DNA of 60,569 nucleotides, the filler included, from Nemertoderma westbladi (lineage: Eukaryota; Animalia; Xenacoelomorpha), in NCBI GenBank assembly GCA_032718475.1. It is 2 parts of 2 records of this genome, joined end to end, with 100 filler letters (N's around TTAATTAATTAA, not from the genome) between each part and the next. Parts side by side here need not be neighbours in the genome. Positions count along the whole stretch, not along the records: positions 29,673 to 60,569 come from JAUCBJ010007365.1; 1 more part is not named here. One strand, written 5' to 3'. Each line of letters opens with the position of its first letter. The first letter of the stretch is position 1. The position numbers and the translations under genes were made by a program. The notes beneath the pieces are model-generated. The model ran no database searches. It saw only the letters and a program-made list of their open reading frames with translations, and had not been told where the DNA came from. Positions 47,801 to 58,583 of the stretch are shown piece after piece.

Positions 47801-48734
47801 CCCTACCCGAGTTATGGAAAGATTATCTATTGATATCGTGAAAGGGTTTCCCACTAGTCCAACTGGTAATAAACTTGTTTTCACTATTACAGAACATTTA
47901 ACCCAATATGTTGAACTATTACCTGTCCCTGACGAACAGGCTGAAACTTTAGCCCGGGAATTGGTAAATAAAATATTTTGTGTATACGGTGCAGCTGAGA
48001 TTATTTTATCGGACAGAGGTCCAAGTTTTACTTCGTCACTTTTCTCGGAACTGGAAAAAATATTTGGCATTGTTCGTGTGTTAACTTCAGCGTACCACCC
48101 ACAATGCAATGGTCTTACTGAAAGGGTCAACCAATCCATGTGTAATATGTTAACACTGACAGTTCGTAACCATGACAACTGGGAAGAAATGCTTCCCCTA
48201 GTACAATTTAATTATAACACTAGCGTACATTCTAGTATAGGGATGGCACCATTTACGTTGATGTTTGGTAGGGAGGCTCATCTACCAATAGATACTCGTA
48301 TTGAGCGGCCTTATAGTTTGTTGGCTGACACAGCGACATACCCTGACGAATTACGTAAGAACTTACAAAATGCCCACAAGTTAGTTAGAGAACAACTAAG
48401 TAAAGCACAGAATAAACAAAAACGCCTCCACGATCGTAAAGTGAAACAAAATTTGCAATCATTTGTGACAGGCGATAAAGTATTGTATTTTGATCGACGC
48501 GTTAAGCGCAAGAATAATAAGTTGCGGTTCCGTTTTACCGGACCCTATGTAGTGCTCCGTAAGCGTTCGCAGTTTTCATATGAATTACGTCCTGTACGGA
48601 AACGAGTTACACCACGAACTCCAGTGTTGGTAGTGAACGCGAAAGATTTAAAGTTATATCAAGTGCGTTCATCCGCTTGTGAAAGTAATAACCCTTCTAT
48701 GTCCAATGGACAAAGTGATGTCGACACACCTTAG
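44733..48734 (+). CDS. pol: Gypsy pol polyprotein (protease, RT, RNase H, integrase), open frame, -1 relative to gag
   Basis: LVDSGS; WSSP, IDYRGLN, MPFGL, YMDD; TDASG, ELEGLA, SDHNPL; H..H/C..C; D-D-E (SIDI, SDRG, NGLTER); GPY motif. Confidence 0.97.
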   Translation: MPHPTPPPSRFSTDAGTPASSFENNHIRYTTHTNRDWYIPIHIGRTKMVGLVDSGSDFTIMDIRKLPKDCELGASSIPSIKGVGGLMPVLGEVHLPIVITSDFKVDILVYIGDLQKIDGSEIIFGKDFIYQACTSFDLVKQCMILRNNECVYFCSPPTQVISNSTTEHYTRRIIMSEKRVTIPPDSQAYITGCLKGKGSNCSFPAGPVYIEPLYQSNTQTLLARCIIEPIDKERVTLQVLNPNNSPITVFKNQKVASYCDVTNYTLRTLESRAISTDSVVNDVNGKQIFLREELKLDHLDSDKQADVLDIVGQNPHSFSYNDYDIGRTTLLQHSIPLKPDAKPIHVKPYPIPVAIRPELRERLSNLQRVGVIQPSTSEWSSPLIIVKAPNKPWRLAIDYRGLNSVAVPQFWPLPNIDYMLAEVGAARPEYFSALDFKSMFWQVEINPEDYAKTAFHTQWGNFEFRRMPFGLQSSPSTCQRLMQLGLEGIECALVYMDDLILYSRTWEQHIELIDIVLRRISELGLKWKPSKCCFGASSIHFLGHIIDRDGIHTDPKKISTMVDFPRPTCVKDLQSFLGLCGYYRKFVRDYGKLVQPLYGLTKVGVPFYWNADCEQAFLELKNRLVSSPILSHPDFEREFTLETDASGSGLGAILCQDDKVIAYASRSLTCAEAKWSITELEGLAVVWAVAKFRFYLLGRHFKVISDHNPLRCLSWVGVNRHITGRLQRWALKLSEYDYTFIYKPGKFNRADCLSRIKVEHPLDTTNTVNNHSNELDVEPFCLINVPVINPVDSTDVTGDTDNLMNNKSNVVSVDTDELQGLVDLFSCTGTDSKVCNHDYQDKQSSVANDDDGCSYYRAPDTSIHVDSFADVQSSLPVLPSNVEFCSLSRLRTLQLEDSNIKVMVEYLQTGNKPEFNRKLSECKNMVKLHTQYVLVDGILCHVSDCKTNKTIQVVVPKLLRRQVLLQFHDLRSHLGINKALNDIKVKFYWVNLRDDVARYIHSCDPCQRRKGSTSIQPLTSLPAPTRVMERLSIDIVKGFPTSPTGNKLVFTITEHLTQYVELLPVPDEQAETLARELVNKIFCVYGAAEIILSDRGPSFTSSLFSELEKIFGIVRVLTSAYHPQCNGLTERVNQSMCNMLTLTVRNHDNWEEMLPLVQFNYNTSVHSSIGMAPFTLMFGREAHLPIDTRIERPYSLLADTATYPDELRKNLQNAHKLVREQLSKAQNKQKRLHDRKVKQNLQSFVTGDKVLYFDRRVKRKNNKLRFRFTGPYVVLRKRSQFSYELRPVRKRVTPRTPVLVVNAKDLKLYQVRSSACESNNPSMSNGQSDVDTP

Positions 48735-49627
48735 TGTACAGTAGTACATACAGTAAGGTATAAGTATATACAGTAGAACAGTGACTGATGATATTTACAT
48801 AAACCAACAAACTATATGCAATATGCACTACCGTATGCAGTTTAGATCCTACTAAACATTTTGTAGGTTATTATTGCACGGTCAGTATATTATTGGTATG
48901 TATACTTGTTACTATTTAGATTAGACATATTTAGTGTTTTGTTTTATGAATGTAAATTAAACTATAAATTTTTGCTGTTCCCATTTCACCCTCTTTGTTG
49001 TCGCAGAAAAATAATTATTTAGCGGAACCGAATCCTCTAATCTCATTTGGTAGTAAATGTGGTGTTGTTTTACATTTGAATAAATGTACAGTATGTATTT
49101 TATTTTTGGATACCATAAGTTTATTGATATGTTTATTCATTCTGTAGAGACTTATTTTGTTTCTGTTTATTTCATAGAAAACTCGCCAATTGGCTATTTT
49201 GCTTGCTTTGGGCGCCAAAGGAGGTCTTGAAGGTCTGTTGTATATTATTAGCCTATTGGTTATTAACTTTTTTATTAAATAATATTTGCCTATTGGCTAT
49301 CATTTTGCATTGCATGTATTAATTGTTGTCGAATGACTGCTATATTCAGTAAATTTAATTGCCTATTGGCTAAGCTACTGTAGCTGAAATTAATATCTAC
49401 TTAGTACATATTGCAGTTGGTATTGGCAACTGGTAGTTGGAATGGGAATTCACATTTCCTGTACATGAATAAAGTGTACCAAGTGCGTTGGATTTTAACT
49501 AATTCTATATTCATATATTTTGTAGGTATTTTTACATTATTATTGTGCTGTTTTTATTTAGATTCGGTTCTGCAAAATATTTTTATCAAACCACTCGGGA
49601 CGAGTGGTTTCCTTTCGTGGGGGGATT

Positions 49628-50092
49628 TGTGGTGATCAGCAGCAAGGACATACAAAATATGAAACACAACAATATCAAATTACAAAAAACGTTATAAATA
49701 ATATAACGCCATCTAGGGAAGTTTACAGGAAACAACAAAATTGCGCTAGAATAATCCTGACCGCTGATTGGAGGATAACAAAGAGGGATAGATAGGTAGG
49801 ATAATACCGGTAAGTAAGTAATATATCAAGATATGGTCAGTACAATACAGTACCTACAGTAGTAGTTTAGATTCGTGTTTCTTTTTGGATGTCTGACATC
49901 TGACTGTCTGACGTATGTACATATGTATTTCAGTATTTTGATTTATCTGTTTTGATTAGATGAACTAACAAACTAATCGTTTTAGCCAGCCTGCCAGTTA
50001 ACGGCAGATTTTCTTCAGGGAAACCAGAAAAACTAAGTGGTAGATTGCCACGGAACCCGGGTTCGACCTTATCCTGTTATCCAGCTTTCACA
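49628..50092 (+). repeat. 3' LTR, preceded by a short polypurine tract (GGGGGGA)
   Basis: Direct repeat of the 5' LTR, followed by the TSD TCTC. Confidence 0.97.
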
Positions 50093-51139
50093 TCTCCTTT
50101 CAAGGCGAATCCCCTCGTCCTGAAACTCTGGATTCTGACCATCCAACCCTGATCGATACCCGTGACGTTGAAGGATATATGCAGACCGAACCAAGACTCA
50201 AAAGGGACAAGAAGATGCGATCCGTAAACACCTTAGAGATTACATTGAGCAAGTGGGAGAAGAAGAACTAATGAGAAGACTCCGTGGCCATCCCCCATCA
50301 AGTCCCACAACTATAAGGATCCTAAAGGATATCGATGAGGAATGTCAACATAGATCGATTATGGACCGGGACCTAGAGAAAAATAAAGGTAAATTAAAAC
50401 AACTATAGGTTCGGGCAGAGGATGAATGCTTACAATGTAAATATGAAGCTGAGGAAGCGGAGGAAAGAAAACACGAACTGGAAGCGGAGAAATGAAAATG
50501 CGAACTGGAAGCGGAGGAATGAAAATGCAAACTGGAAGCGGAGGAATGCAAAAATCAGTTTCTGGCGGAACAAAAAAGAAAGCAGAATGAGAGGGAGCAA
50601 GAGAGGGAGCAAGAGAGCATATTGAGAGAGATCGAATCAATAGAAAAACAACAGTCCGATTCCCAATCAAAGAAAAACAGGACCAAACAACTCGATTGCT
50701 ATACTTCCTCCGACGAGTTCGATAAATTATCAGACAAATGTCGAGCTTCTAGAAGCGGACGATGCTTAGAATGGGCTGAATGTCATCGCCTGCCAGAACC
50801 GCCACCCCAACACCCTGCTAACTCCGTTAAAAACACCAACGATCTTAGAACTGACTCCAACTCTGATTTTTTCAGACCAATGAACACCCCTCTTGCAGCG
50901 CCAAATATTGTTCCCCATATATTAATAAACCCCTCTAAGCCGAATGTAACATCTGTGGCTAATGCGACCCAAACCAAATTTACACCCATTGGTATTTCGA
51001 CATCTACTGTAGAAAGTAGCCAGGCAGACAGTTTACAGCTCAAAACTTCTACAGTATATAGGGATAGAATAGTTACGCCTACAGTTTCTTACAAGCTTGC
51101 TTGTAAGAAGGATCCTTTTTCTAGGATTTATAGCAAGCC

Positions 51140-52140
51140 GATGACGCAACTGGAAACGATGCTCCTGAGAGAAAGAGTTGATTGTTATGAGCCCCCGCCC
51201 CCATTCACCCACACAGGCATGGATCTCTTTGGGCCCTTTGAAGTTAAGCGTGCCCCCTCGATAGTGAAACGATGGTGTGTCATCTTCGTTTGCATGACTT
51301 TTCGAGCCGTCTACCTGGATATTGTTAACGACATGTCGATGAAAAGTTTTATCCTTTGTCTCCGGAGACAGATCGGTAGATATGGAACTAGCCGGACTAT
51401 GAGGTCCGACCAGGGGACGAATTTCGTAGGCGCCAATAAAGAAATCACCAAATTCATTGCCGCTTGGAACGATCCACGGCTCGAAGAACACCTTAAGGTG
51501 TCGGCATCTACATGGACGTTCAATGCCGCCGACACGCCCTGGTGGGGCGGAAGTCGGGAATGGTTGATTAAAAGTACAAAGGTCGCGTTCCATCACATCA
51601 TCCCATGTAAGGCTTATTTAACCGACGAACTACTCAGAACTCTTTTGGAGGAGATATCAAGCTACTTGAACGATAGACCCCCTCTTACCTATTTCGTCGA
51701 ATCCACAGGCCATGGAACCCCTTACACCGTCCCATTTCCTACTAAGAAAACCAGTAACTATGCTGCTGGCTAAATCCGATCCACAGGATGGTGATGAGCT
51801 GTTGAGATGTACTTGGCAAATGATGCAACTACTATATCGGCGATTCGCTACACATTTTGAAAGATACTATTTACCTTCAGTCCAGCTCAGGACCAAATGG
51901 TTTTCCAAAAAGGAAAATGTATCAGTTGGCGATATCGTACTCTTAGTGGATCAGGACCAACCTAGAAAGAACTGGGAAACGGGCTGTATAACAAATGTTC
52001 ATATGGGTAACGATGACTTGGTACGCTCAGTTGAACTGGCTATTTGGAGAGCTACATCCAAACCCAAAGTACACTATTTCAATCGACAAATCGGACGCCT
52101 TTGTTTACTAGAATTAGCAACAAATAGTATGAAATTTTAA
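51140..52140 (+). pseudogene. BEL/Pao integrase and C-terminal domain, frameshifted near 51715
   Basis: PFTHTGMDLFGPF, RAVYLDIV, SDQGTNFVGA, WTFNAADTPWWGG, LNDRP, PLTPSHFL, YLPSVQLRTKW, VGDIVLL, DDLVRSV. Confidence 0.92.
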
Positions 52141-52329
52141 GGTACATGCAATTGTCCAACCCTTCACAGAGTTGTAGTAGATCAGTGATGGCTCCGGGCC
52201 AGCCCCCGTCTCCCTGACTTGATGAGAGTTTAGCATATAGCCACGATATTTTGGTACCGCTGGTTGTTGCAAACTTGATAGACTTGACTGTCACTAGTTA
52301 GATGAACATGCATTAAAGGTTTTTTTTAA

Positions 52330-52850
52330 AGGCATTTTTTAGCACTTTGAAGGATAATTGAAGAGTTATCAAAAAAGAAAGACAGGCATCTGGCTGTTAT
52401 CTTTTTTGACTTCTTCAAGGCCTTTGATTCAGTCTCTCGCTCACGTATGTTCAGCATACTTTCATTATATGGGATTCCTGATGAAATTATTGCAGCAATC
52501 AGATCAGTATATGATGGTTCGACAACATTTGTGTCTACTGTTGACGGTGACACAGAACCATTTGAAGTGTTATGGGGCGTCCTCCAGGGAGACACACTTG
52601 CACCATTCTTGTTCATAATTGTTGTTGACTATGTTCTACGCATGTCATTAGATCATCATAATGATGATGGGGCGATGATAACTCCACCTACTGGCTCCAG
52701 AAGTCGAGGAAATCCTGCCAAGTACCTAACTGATCTAGACTTTGCTGATGACTTAGGAGTACTCTCAGAATCACTAGAGGGAGCCCACGGCTCCTCAGCT
52801 CATTAGAACATGCTGCTTCTAGTGTTGGTCTTTTTATTAACTTTATTAAA
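52330..52850 (+). pseudogene. Non-LTR RT fragment (RTE-like)
   Basis: FFDFFKAFDSVSR, YGIP, GVLQGDTLAPFLFIIVVDYVLR, LTDLDFADDL. Confidence 0.88.
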
Positions 52851-53200
52851 GTTCTGACGTCTCCAACACTTACTAGGTCGTCGGCATACATTATCACCCA
52901 GTTAGTAGCGAACACAATGTATGCGGGAAGGTCTGCCACGAAGAGACTAAATAATAGGTTGGAGAGTTTGTCGCCTTGGACTACTCCAACTGTTTGAGTG
53001 ATTGGTTCCAACACGTGCACTCCTACGCAGTTGCACACGAAGTTTATCGAGATCAAGGCCCAAATCGCGCTGATGAACTTTCGGCTCAATCCCACATTCG
53101 ATAGTTTCATGCAGAGTATCTCGCGGTTTATTGAGTCAAAACATTTCCGGAAGTCTACAAAGACGCAATAAACGTGCCCACCTGCTGGTTGTATAGCGAT
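52850..53200 (-). pseudogene. Second, different non-LTR RT fragment in the opposite orientation
   Basis: VYCVFVDFRKCFDSINR, GVVQGDKLSNLLFSLFVADL, MYADDL. Confidence 0.88.
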
Positions 53201-53819
53201 GTTAATACGGTTATATAATTTTAATAAATAAGGTATATTAAAAATAAGGTCCCTGGCATGATCGGCTACTCCGCCCATAGTCTCTGGGCTCGAAAAATAG
53301 ACTTAAACGAAAAAACGCCATAAGTACAATGATAAAAACACCAGCTGGCACTCATGAAAAATTTATAGAGATGGCCTAGTAATGCTATTCAATTGAGAAA
53401 GGGCCAACTAATTACATCTGAACTCAACTCGAGTGAGAGTAGCTCGCAATGTTTGTACAAGATAAATAAACCTTGTCTGTCATTGACAGAGTGTAAGGCA
53501 TAGAACAATTACACCATCTGGTTTGGCAACTAAATTCCTTTGTCCCTACCTACCGCGTAGCTCAGCATTAGTTTAATGGACAGAACTTTCCACACCATCT
53601 GGTGTCTTGAATAAAATACATTGCGTCTAATTGTTTTATTTATAAATCTTTGGCCAACATTGATACTATGGAGACTGTATGTTTAAAAGGCTGTATGTTT
53701 ACTCAGCTTCATGATTCTCCATAGGCTAACATTATAGTTTGAAATGTAAAAATCACTGCTTATTATCTCTATATCAGGTTACTTACTCACTGTTGATTGC
53801 AAAATGTTTTATTGTTGGA

Positions 53820-54702
53820 TTACTAACGATAGACGGTGAGAAATTCCTTTTACATGATAACGAAAACCACGAAGGTAGGCGGATAATAATGTTTGCCACA
53901 AATAAGAATAGCGTTAAACTGAGTCCCACAGATGAATGGATGGCTGATGGAACTTTTAAAATTGTTCCCAAGTTATTTGGATCAAATGGATAGCTTTGTA
54001 CAATCCTTGGTAAGAAATACCATGCCTGGTACCCGCAGATTTATGTGCTAATGCAATGTCATGAGTTAAGAATATATTTTCCAGATTTTGTTCGAATTAG
54101 CTGCAGAGAACGATGTAGTTTTCAAGAATGACATAACAATGTTCGAAAGAAGAATGTTCTTGGATTTCGAAAAAGGAAGTGCAAACACGTTTCTCACCTA
54201 TTTCGAAAATGGAAAGGTTCAGCGATGCCTTTTCCATTTAGGTCAATCGGTATTTCGCAAGGTACAGGAGCTCGGAATGTCAGTGCAGTACATGGAGAAT
54301 GAAGAAATTCGTAGAAAGAGATTAGTATGAAGTAAGAAATTAGTATGCGTCAAATATTTGCTACACCTCGGTATACACCATCGGAATGGAATGTTTATCG
54401 AAACATTTCAGAAGAGATAGACCACACTAAAAATGCTCAGGAAGGATATCATCATCGACTGAATGTTGTTGCTGGAAAGCATCATCCCGGAATTGATTGA
54501 ACAGCTGCTAGGGGAGCATTGTAAGATGGAACACGACATTAGATTGAATCTGGAACGAGGGGAACATGGGAACGTCAAATCCAAGAAACAAATAGAAAAG
54601 GAAATAAATCTATTATCTCTCTGCCTCAAATTTGACTGTGGTGAAATTTGTATAGAAGATTATTTGTATGGTGTGACTAGAAATCTTAAACTCTTAAGAT
54701 AG
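53820..54702 (+). pseudogene. MULE/Mutator transposase relic
   Basis: GEKFLLHD..RIIMFAT, WMADGTFKIVPKLF, LDFEKG, CLFHLGQSVFRKVQELG, WNVY and a degraded TNN..EG.H-type motif. Contains stops and frameshifts. Confidence 0.9.
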
Positions 54703-55030
54703 TTTCTTTACTAAGATACACCGTACACAACTCTAGGCCTACTACTGTATACAAAATTACTCTAAATTGTTTCTATTAAAAAAAATACAAGATGTATACT
54801 AAACTCTTTAAACTGACATTAAGTTTAATAAGTTACTTTACATTCATCATATTTTCCATAACTTTAGTTTGATCAATTTAATTTGTGACCGTATGTATTT
54901 AATATAATAAATAAAATAATATGTAGCTTTCATTATACAATATCATTTACATTTTACACACTAAATCTTATAATTGTTGTTCAATATTAAAATGGAACAC
55001 CTGGCATCAATCCCTGCTATTTTTTATCAT

Positions 55031-55490
55031 GAATGATTCTTACTCTCGATATTTTTACTCGATATTTTTCAACACTCGATAATTTTACTCTCGCTATTTT
55101 TCAACACTAGATATTTTTACTCTCGATATTTTTACTCTCGATATTTTTACCCTCGATATTTTTCAACACTCGGCGATATTTTTCAACACTAGATTTTTTA
55201 CTCTCAATATTTTTCAACACTCAATAATTTTACTCTCTATATTTTTACTCTCGATATTTTTACTCTCGTTATTTTTACTCTCTATATTTTTACTCTTGTA
55301 AATTTTACTCTTGATACTTTTCAACACTCAATATTTTTCAACACTCAATATTTTTCAACACTCAATATTTTTACTCTTAATATTTTTCAACACTCGATAT
55401 TTTTACTCTCGATATTTTTCAACACTCGATATTTTTACTCTCGATATTTTTCAACACTCGATATTTTTACTCTCGATATTTTCTACTGTA
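55031..55490. repeat. Tandem array of CTCGATATTTTTACT / CTCGATATTTTTCAACA units (transposon subterminal type)
   Basis: Directly visible 15-17-bp units, adjacent to the MULE relic. Confidence 0.9.
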
Positions 55491-58400
55491 AAAAATTAGA
55501 ATAAATATGCAATAATTCATTATCATTAGGTGATAGTACCAGTAATACTTGTGTATAATAATTCCAGAATTCAGTAATTAGTCTTGACATACAGTTGGCT
55601 TATATAATTAAGTCATACTTAATAGCCTACATTGTTACTTTCTGACTTTTTACCTGTTTACTAACATAACATAATAACAATCTGACAATAGTAGTTTAAA
55701 TAAATTGATAAATTTTCAGCTCTGGTATTACAGTGAAGGATGGAAGAATGTAGTACGGTGAAATGATAGAGCGGGACATTTGACTGTTTGAAGAAAAAGA
55801 AAAGGAAAAAGAAACGAATTTTTTGTGTATTTTCGTGATTTCAATTAATTTGTGTTGCGCATCTGAGCTGCGCACTGCTGCGAAACGCGCACCTGTCTCA
55901 CTAAAACACGCATCTGGTTGTGGTCACTTGCGCAGGTACGCGCCCGAGTTTTGTATCATGAATTCCAACCCGGGGTATAGGTATGCCTAGAACGCTGCTG
56001 TACCTACTGTAAACCCTAGTAAGCTAGTTAGAATTAGAGTTGAACGCGCAGTACAATGGTAGTAGATCAGTAGAAGTTTGTAGTAGTTTTTTGTAGGAGT
56101 AGTAGTTTGATAATACTGGCGTGCAGGGCGCAGTGATGGCAGTATATGGCTCGAATTTTTGTAAGTCTGAAAGCTGGAGCGCAGCCCTAGCTGCCCAGCC
56201 ATGCACCTGAGGAATTTTTGAAAATATTTTATTTATTATTTAGTTTTGACAGATGGTCCCCTTGCAATGCACCCAATGCAAATTTTCGGCTGGTGCGGAC
56301 GAGACAAAAATAAATGGCATTGATGCACCTTTTGTACTTCAAGTTCAAGCCCCCCCCCCCCCCCCCCCCCTGCCAAATTTGTTTATATAATTTAGATCTT
56401 CAGAACATGTTTGATATTACCTTGTATATTTATGTTATTAATAAAAATATTTAAACGCATATTTAATATTAGTTAATACAAATAATTTAATTATATAATC
56501 AATGTTAAATATGAAAATGAAATGAAATGAAATAAAGTGCAAATTAAAACTAGAACGAAGTAATAATTAATAACTGTAGTTTTTTATACTCTCTGAGTTA
56601 AATTGGATTTACTAGAGTTTCTAAACTGCCTGTCGAATATATCATTAGGTCATTCACGGCGGTATGCTTAATATCAATTTATAACAAACCTACCTAGAAC
56701 TAACATCAACGCTTGCGCGCTGAGACAATATAATAATTGTTGATTAGTTATAATTATTAGTATATAGGATGGGCATACTTGTACTATTATATATATTAAG
56801 TGTTGTGATATAAATATTCTTGGCAAAAAAAGTAGTCAGTCAGCTCAGCATGTAGATAGTCATAAAATGATAGCTAGGCCTGGCTTAGACTTTATCATAT
56901 TCATAATGAATGAAAATTGAATGAATTATATTAGACTTATATTATATAATTTAATTATATTATATTATTATATTAGACTGTTGTGTGCAGCCATTATAGA
57001 TTTATTAGTTATGCAGGTTAGATATAGTAGTACTCAATTTCGTCATTGTTCTCACTTGGGTTCTTTTTTATTTTGGTTGCATGTACTTAGTTACCGTTTA
57101 GGCTTAACTGGTATCAGTTTTTGGGTTTCATCTATTTACTATCTGTTTGCTTTGTTTTATTTCTGCATTTCAGTATTTGGTTTCATTTCAGAAACCGTAT
57201 GTAACCGAAACTGTATAAGGTCCTACCTGTCCTGTGCTAATTCTACAAACGGCCTATTAACTATACTGTAAGACTGATACCCTACCCTGACTTATAATTA
57301 TAGCTCCTTCCCAAGCAGCATGCTATATCCGTCGTATCTGTCGGAATCCGTTTTCCCAAATTTGTAGATATGTTTTTAATATTTTGGTGGCCCTCTTGTG
57401 ACATTTATTTTAATATACAACATTGTTGTAGCCCTCTTGTAACATTTGCATGTAACTAACTTTTCCAACATATCAGGTGACTGAAGGATATACCTCCGAT
57501 AAACGCAATATCAGATTTATTTTTAGCGATATTCTGTGCATGTATATGTTATTCCAGTTATATCAGTAAACGACAAAGGAATTTATTCATGGGAATAAAT
57601 TTTTGACTAAAATAACTCCTGATTTCCATACATGTTGACGATGTAATGCTGATATCGTTATCCATATTTATAGTTTTCTGGAAGTAAAGAGTGCAAATAC
57701 GATGTTTATCTGATATTTTTTGTATATTATCTCAGCATATTATACGATGAGCAAGAATATTAAATATACTGAGAATAATATACAGACAATGTACGCAAAG
57801 TGGTGGGATTTATTACGGTTATTGTTCGTATATCGTTTTGAGAAGGCGTGCGTATATTTTGCGTATGTTGCACGTGGACGTGGGAACAATTTGTTAACAA
57901 ACGTGGAATATACGAAAAATATCCGCTGGCCTATTCACAATATACGAAACATAACAGTTTTCTTTCCCACGCTAGCAACTACACATTAGGAGTACATGTT
58001 GTTATTGCATAGAGACAATTAGACTAGCCTATATATCACTGTCAATTGCCATCTTGTGCAATTAGTCTTGTTGAGACTTGCGAGCAGGTGAACTATTACA
58101 GTATTATATATAAAACATATTTCGTTAGTATACAGTAGTTATTGTTTAATTCATCTGCAAATGTTTGTAATGTTTTACAGTAAAATTAAACATAATTTAT
58201 ATTAAATTTATAGTTATAAATTTATAAATTTATAGTTTATAAATTTATAGTTAAATTTATAACTTACCGGTAGATAAAATTATATTAAACAAGAAAAATT
58301 TAGATAAAATATAAAAATAATAAAAATACAAATAGGGTAACATTTACCGCCATAAGAGTAGGGTAACAGTAACTACTGCATTGCATAGTAATACGGCATT

Positions 58401-58583
58401 CCGTGAATGACAGAATTACCCTGCTTTTTTGTGATTTCTGTGTTAATTAAAGCAAATTAAATGTTTATGTAAATTTATTTCGCTAACTAAAACTCTAAAA
58501 TCCAAAATTTGCAGTTATTAGTCATAAGACACACGGACCGGACATGGATTACCATACTGGATAAAATTTGAGATTGGAATATA

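Larger units (their letters stand above)
42574..50092 (+). mobile_element. Full-length Ty3/Gypsy LTR retrotransposon, recent insertion
   Basis: Two 465-bp TG..CA LTRs that look identical by eye, TCTC TSD (42570-42573 and 50093-50096), PBS, PPT, and gag-PR-RT-RH-IN order. Confidence 0.97.
41766..52140 (+). mobile_element. Decayed, internally deleted BEL/Pao retrotransposon, split by the Gypsy insertion
   Basis: Degenerate gag-like coding at 41766-42573 and 50093-51140 (including E/R-rich coiled-coil repeats) is fused directly to a BEL-type integrase. No RT or RNase H is present. Boundaries are approximate. Confidence 0.72.

Noticed and set aside
48735-49627. env gene in the Gypsy element
   Set aside because: No substantial ORF; AT-rich non-coding sequence.
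51033-51596. 187-aa antisense ORF, and other antisense ORFs over ALG11, pol and the MFS gene
   Set aside because: Shadow ORFs on the opposite strand of well-supported coding regions, with no motifs of their own.
36053-55490. The inverted repeat pair at 36.1 kb and 55.0-55.5 kb as TIRs of one 19-kb MULE
   Set aside because: The apparent termini (..CATTC at ~36126 and GAATG.. at 55031) face the wrong way for a single enclosing element and no TSD was found. More likely separate copies of one family.
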